Source of the DNA: Candidatus Firestoneibacteriota bacterium
GTDB taxonomy: Bacteria > Oederibacteriota > Muellerivitia > Muellerivitales > Muellerivitaceae
NCBI GenBank assembly: GCA_013286205.1
Contig: JABDGD010000004.1
Span: 4,293-68,292 of the forward strand
Length of the DNA stretch: 64,000 nucleotides
Direction: 5' to 3'
The notes under the pieces are model-generated. The model had not been told where the DNA came from. It worked only from the letters and a program-made list of their open reading frames with translations, and searched no databases. The translations under genes and the position numbers were made by a program. Below, piece by piece: positions 60,832 through 64,000 of the stretch (the stretch's first letter is position 1; each line of letters opens with the position of its first letter).

Positions 60832-61838
60832 AACAGTTTGAGCTGATCGTCCGATACGGCTTTGGTTTTTTTGCGGGAAGGGATCGCGGTTCCAAACACT
60901 GCCGCTGTAGCTGCCACGCTCGGCGCCACTGCCGCGACTTCCGCTGCTGGAACTTCCGTATTCACCACTATCGGCGCCGCGGGCTCGGGCCGCTCTTCCT
61001 CTTCTTCATAATTCTTATCTTTGCTTTTCACCCATGCCTTGCCGTCCGCGCAAACCGTTAAAAACTCGCACCATTTACAAAGGATGCTGGTCTTGGTGGG
61101 ATAGCTTTGGGCTTTCTCAATGGTCTCGATCTTGGCGATGTACTTTTGTTTAAGCCAGTCAATTTCTTTAGGATTTCTTTCGCCGATGACCTGATCTTTT
61201 TCAAAAGCCACGAAATGCCAGAGCAGCTTGTATTTTTCTTTAGCGCCAAATTTGGGATTCTGAATGAGCCCCGCTTGATAAAGTGCCAACTGGTCTTCGC
61301 CCCGCGCGTCTTCTTCGGACATTTTGCGGGCACTGGTTTTATAGTCATGAATCCAAAGAGTTCCGTCATCATCCCGGCCCAGACGGTCGATAAAACCCTG
61401 CATTTTAAACTCGCCCTTGGGGTCCAAATTAAAAGCGACTTTTAATTCAATGCCTTCGGTCTTGTCCTGATCAAACGGCTGATATTGGTGGTAGTAGTTC
61501 TCTACGAACAGTTGGCCTTTATGAAAATAATCTTCAACAGTTTGGCCGGCTTTAGCGATACGCAGAGTGTCGTTAAAATTACGGTCTTTTTGCTTTTGAA
61601 GCGATTGCTGCCAATGCTTTTCCCAGTGCTGGTTAAAGTAAGTCACCAGCTCATTCACGGTCGGAACTTTGTGATTCACCTGTTCATAAAGATATTCCAT
61701 GGTCTCGTGAAAACGGGAACCCAAAAATAGCTCGATACCCTCAGCCACGGGCGAGGGCCTGCGTTCGATGTAGCGGAATTGGAATTGGGCGGGGCAGGTG
61801 AAGTAAGTGTTAATGCGGGAGTAAGAGTAAATCGTCAT
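60828..61838 (-). CDS. PD-(D/E)XK RecB-family nuclease with four-Cys Fe-S motif
   Basis: YSYSRI..Y.TCP.QF, GFIDRL, IHDYKTS, QLALY, CKWCEF..VC; start reassigned to ATG 61838. Confidence 0.88.
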   Translation of the reverse strand: MTIYSYSRINTYFTCPAQFQFRYIERRPSPVAEGIELFLGSRFHETMEYLYEQVNHKVPTVNELVTYFNQHWEKHWQQSLQKQKDRNFNDTLRIAKAGQTVEDYFHKGQLFVENYYHQYQPFDQDKTEGIELKVAFNLDPKGEFKMQGFIDRLGRDDDGTLWIHDYKTSARKMSEEDARGEDQLALYQAGLIQNPKFGAKEKYKLLWHFVAFEKDQVIGERNPKEIDWLKQKYIAKIETIEKAQSYPTKTSILCKWCEFLTVCADGKAWVKSKDKNYEEEEERPEPAAPIVVNTEVPAAEVAAVAPSVAATAAVFGTAIPSRKKTKAVSDDQLKLF

Positions 61839-61944
61839 GCGGCGATTATAGCCACCACCCTTGACGGTAGAAACCTTTTTTCCCATTTATTTAATCAACC
61901 GCGACTAAAATAAGCTTCACGTTTAACTCATCAGGAGAATTCAC

Positions 61945-63681
61945 ATGGCCCTTTTAACCGCTCAATCGATTCCGCATAACTATCCCCGGCGCTATTTATC
62001 CGCCCAAACCAATCTAGGCGACTGGGCTGTAGTGGAACCCATTCTCAATGATTTACAAAACAGAAATATTCAATCCAAAGCCGATTTGGAAAAATGGATC
62101 GAAAACCTGAATGAGCTGGAGCAAGCTCTGGGTGAAGAAGGCTCCATCCGTTATGTGCGCATGACCTGCAATACGGATAACCCCCAAATTGAGAAGGATT
62201 ACCTGGATTTTCTGGAGAAAATCGGCGAACCCAGCAAACCCCTCTTCTTCGCCTTGATGAAGAAATACTGGGAGTCTCCCTACCGTAAACAGCTCAACGA
62301 GAAGGATTTCTTTCTTTATGACCGCTCAGTGGAAAACCAGCTCTCTCTTTACCGCGAGGAAAACATTCCGCTTGAGACTGAACTGGAAAAACTTTCCCAG
62401 CAATATCAAAAACTCAGCGGTTCCATGATGGTGCAATACGAGGGAAAAGAACAAACGCTTCAACAAATGGGCCGTTACTTGGAATCCACCGACCGCAAAA
62501 AACGGGAAGAAGCCTGGAAGCTCACCTCCGAACGCCGTTTGCAGGACAAAGATAAGTTTGAGGATCTCTTTGACGCGATGCTAAAAATACGGGTTCAGAT
62601 CGCCAAGAACGCCGGCTTTGATAACTATCGGGATTACATGTTCCGCCGAAAAGAACGATTCGATTACAGCGCTAAAGACTGCGAAGCCTTTCACGACAGC
62701 GCCGAAAAGACGATTAAACCTCTGGTTCATGCCATGCAAAAGAAACGCATGAAGTTGATGGGTTTATCAGAGCTCAAACCCTGGGATATGTCAGTGGATC
62801 CCACCGGCTTAGCGCCCTTAAAGCCTTTTGAAAATGTGGAGAAGCTGATCTCTGGCTGCGAAAGTATTTTGGGCCAGGTCGATCCCGAGTTCGGCCAAAA
62901 TTTTAAGCAGATGAAAGACCTGGGTCTTTTGGATTTGGAATCCCGCAAGGGCAAAGCTCCCGGAGGATATCAAACCGATTTAGAAGAAGCCCGCATCCCT
63001 TTTATTTTCGCCAACAGTGTGGGAATGGATCATGACGTCCGCACGCTTCTGCATGAGGGCGGCCATGCTATGCACAGCTTTGCCTGGAAAAATGTTCCCT
63101 TCTATCCTTATCGCCACGCTCCCATGGAATTTTGCGAGGTCGCTTCCATGAGCATGGAACTGATGGCGGATCCTTACTTATCAGTTTTCTATCCTAACCC
63201 GAAAGACTCTGCCCGTTCGATCATCCAGCACTTAGAAGGAGTCATTACCCTTTTGCCCTGGATCGCTACCATTGACGCTTTCCAGCATTGGATTTACACC
63301 CATCCCCATCACACCCGTCAGGAACGTTTTGACTATTGGGTAAGCTTGAGAAAACGCCTGGGCGGTCTTGAGGATTGGACCGGGTTTGAGGATGTCCGCG
63401 CCAGCCTGTGGCACCGCCAGCTTCACATTTTCGAAGTGCCCTTTTATTACATCGAGTACGCCATCGCTCAATTAGGTGCACTTCAGGTGTGGAAAAACTT
63501 CCGCAAGAACAAAGCCGAGGGCGTTCGCTTATATAAACAGGGCTTAGCGGTGGGCGGCAGTAAAACCCTGCCGGAAATTTTTGAGTCCGCCGGTATTCAT
63601 TTTGATTTTAGTTTGAAAATGATTCAGCCCCTCATGGATGAGGTGGCGAAAGAATTGGAACAGCAGGAAAAGGCTAGTTGA
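61945..63681 (+). CDS. M3 family oligoendopeptidase F
   Basis: KGKAPGGY, LLHEGGHAMH, EVASMSMEL, PFYYIEYAIAQLGA. Confidence 0.93.
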   Translation: MALLTAQSIPHNYPRRYLSAQTNLGDWAVVEPILNDLQNRNIQSKADLEKWIENLNELEQALGEEGSIRYVRMTCNTDNPQIEKDYLDFLEKIGEPSKPLFFALMKKYWESPYRKQLNEKDFFLYDRSVENQLSLYREENIPLETELEKLSQQYQKLSGSMMVQYEGKEQTLQQMGRYLESTDRKKREEAWKLTSERRLQDKDKFEDLFDAMLKIRVQIAKNAGFDNYRDYMFRRKERFDYSAKDCEAFHDSAEKTIKPLVHAMQKKRMKLMGLSELKPWDMSVDPTGLAPLKPFENVEKLISGCESILGQVDPEFGQNFKQMKDLGLLDLESRKGKAPGGYQTDLEEARIPFIFANSVGMDHDVRTLLHEGGHAMHSFAWKNVPFYPYRHAPMEFCEVASMSMELMADPYLSVFYPNPKDSARSIIQHLEGVITLLPWIATIDAFQHWIYTHPHHTRQERFDYWVSLRKRLGGLEDWTGFEDVRASLWHRQLHIFEVPFYYIEYAIAQLGALQVWKNFRKNKAEGVRLYKQGLAVGGSKTLPEIFESAGIHFDFSLKMIQPLMDEVAKELEQQEKAS

Positions 63682-64000
63682 ACGCCAGTTTCAGTTCCAT
63701 CTGGCCTGGGCCCACACCCACCGTCATATCTTTAGGCGTATAAACCACCGCGTTGCCGATGATAATGCCCAGTGCCGCGCCCGCGATCGTGTCGGATAAG
63801 TAATGATGATACCCCGCGATGCGCGCCGCCGCCGTTACTGTTCCCAGCCCATAAGCCAAAGCGCCCGCACCCCAACCCCAATACTTTTGAACTACTGGCG
63901 CGAAACAAAAAGCCGTAATGGTGTGACCAGATGGGAAAGATTGGTTGTTCGATCCATCAGGCCTTTCCCGGCCCACCGCGTATTTAAGTCCTGTGGCTAG
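63674..64000 (-). CDS. PAP2 family phosphatase, 5' part outside window
   Basis: K..VGRERP, SFPSGH, RIAGYHHYLSD. Confidence 0.88.
   Translation of the reverse strand, partial: LATGLKYAVGRERPDGSNNQSFPSGHTITAFCFAPVVQKYWGWGAGALAYGLGTVTAAARIAGYHHYLSDTIAGAALGIIIGNAVVYTPKDMTVGVGPGQMELKLAFN

Noticed and set aside
60828-61838. Cas4 / CRISPR adaptation module
   Set aside because: No cas1/cas2 or array nearby; better explained as a solo RecB-family nuclease.

Overview
Bacterial chromosomal window. Housekeeping genes: glycine cleavage (gcvT, gcvH and an in-frame fused GcvPA-GcvPB that runs off the left edge), lpdA, a LipM-like transferase, prfC, nadE, queD, hpnCDE, addAB, ispH, an M3 peptidase and tRNA-Val(CAC). 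An accessory zone spans about 4.9-22.7 kb. Its core is a visibly AT-rich, co-oriented minus-strand candidate defence island (about 9.0-17.5 kb): HEPN-motif protein, MazG-like pyrophosphatase, DUF2075 nuclease-helicase, GHKL/MORC-type ATPase, SPPY (m4C-type) methyltransferase, ABC-ATPase/TOPRIM protein, XRE controller and SRA-like-HNH nuclease. I cannot match this combination to a named system, and it is the best candidate for an undescribed system. Other notable items: a membrane-anchored ParB-like protein; two toxin-antitoxin-like pairs; a MerR-family (not ArsR) regulator heading an arsC-aquaporin operon with a MerR-type promoter; an orphan minimal flagellar-rod-like gene with a sigma28-like promoter; an expanded GT-C glycosyltransferase family; and several families of tiny repeat elements, two of which lie in frame inside proteins. 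All family calls come from reading motifs by eye, with no database searches.
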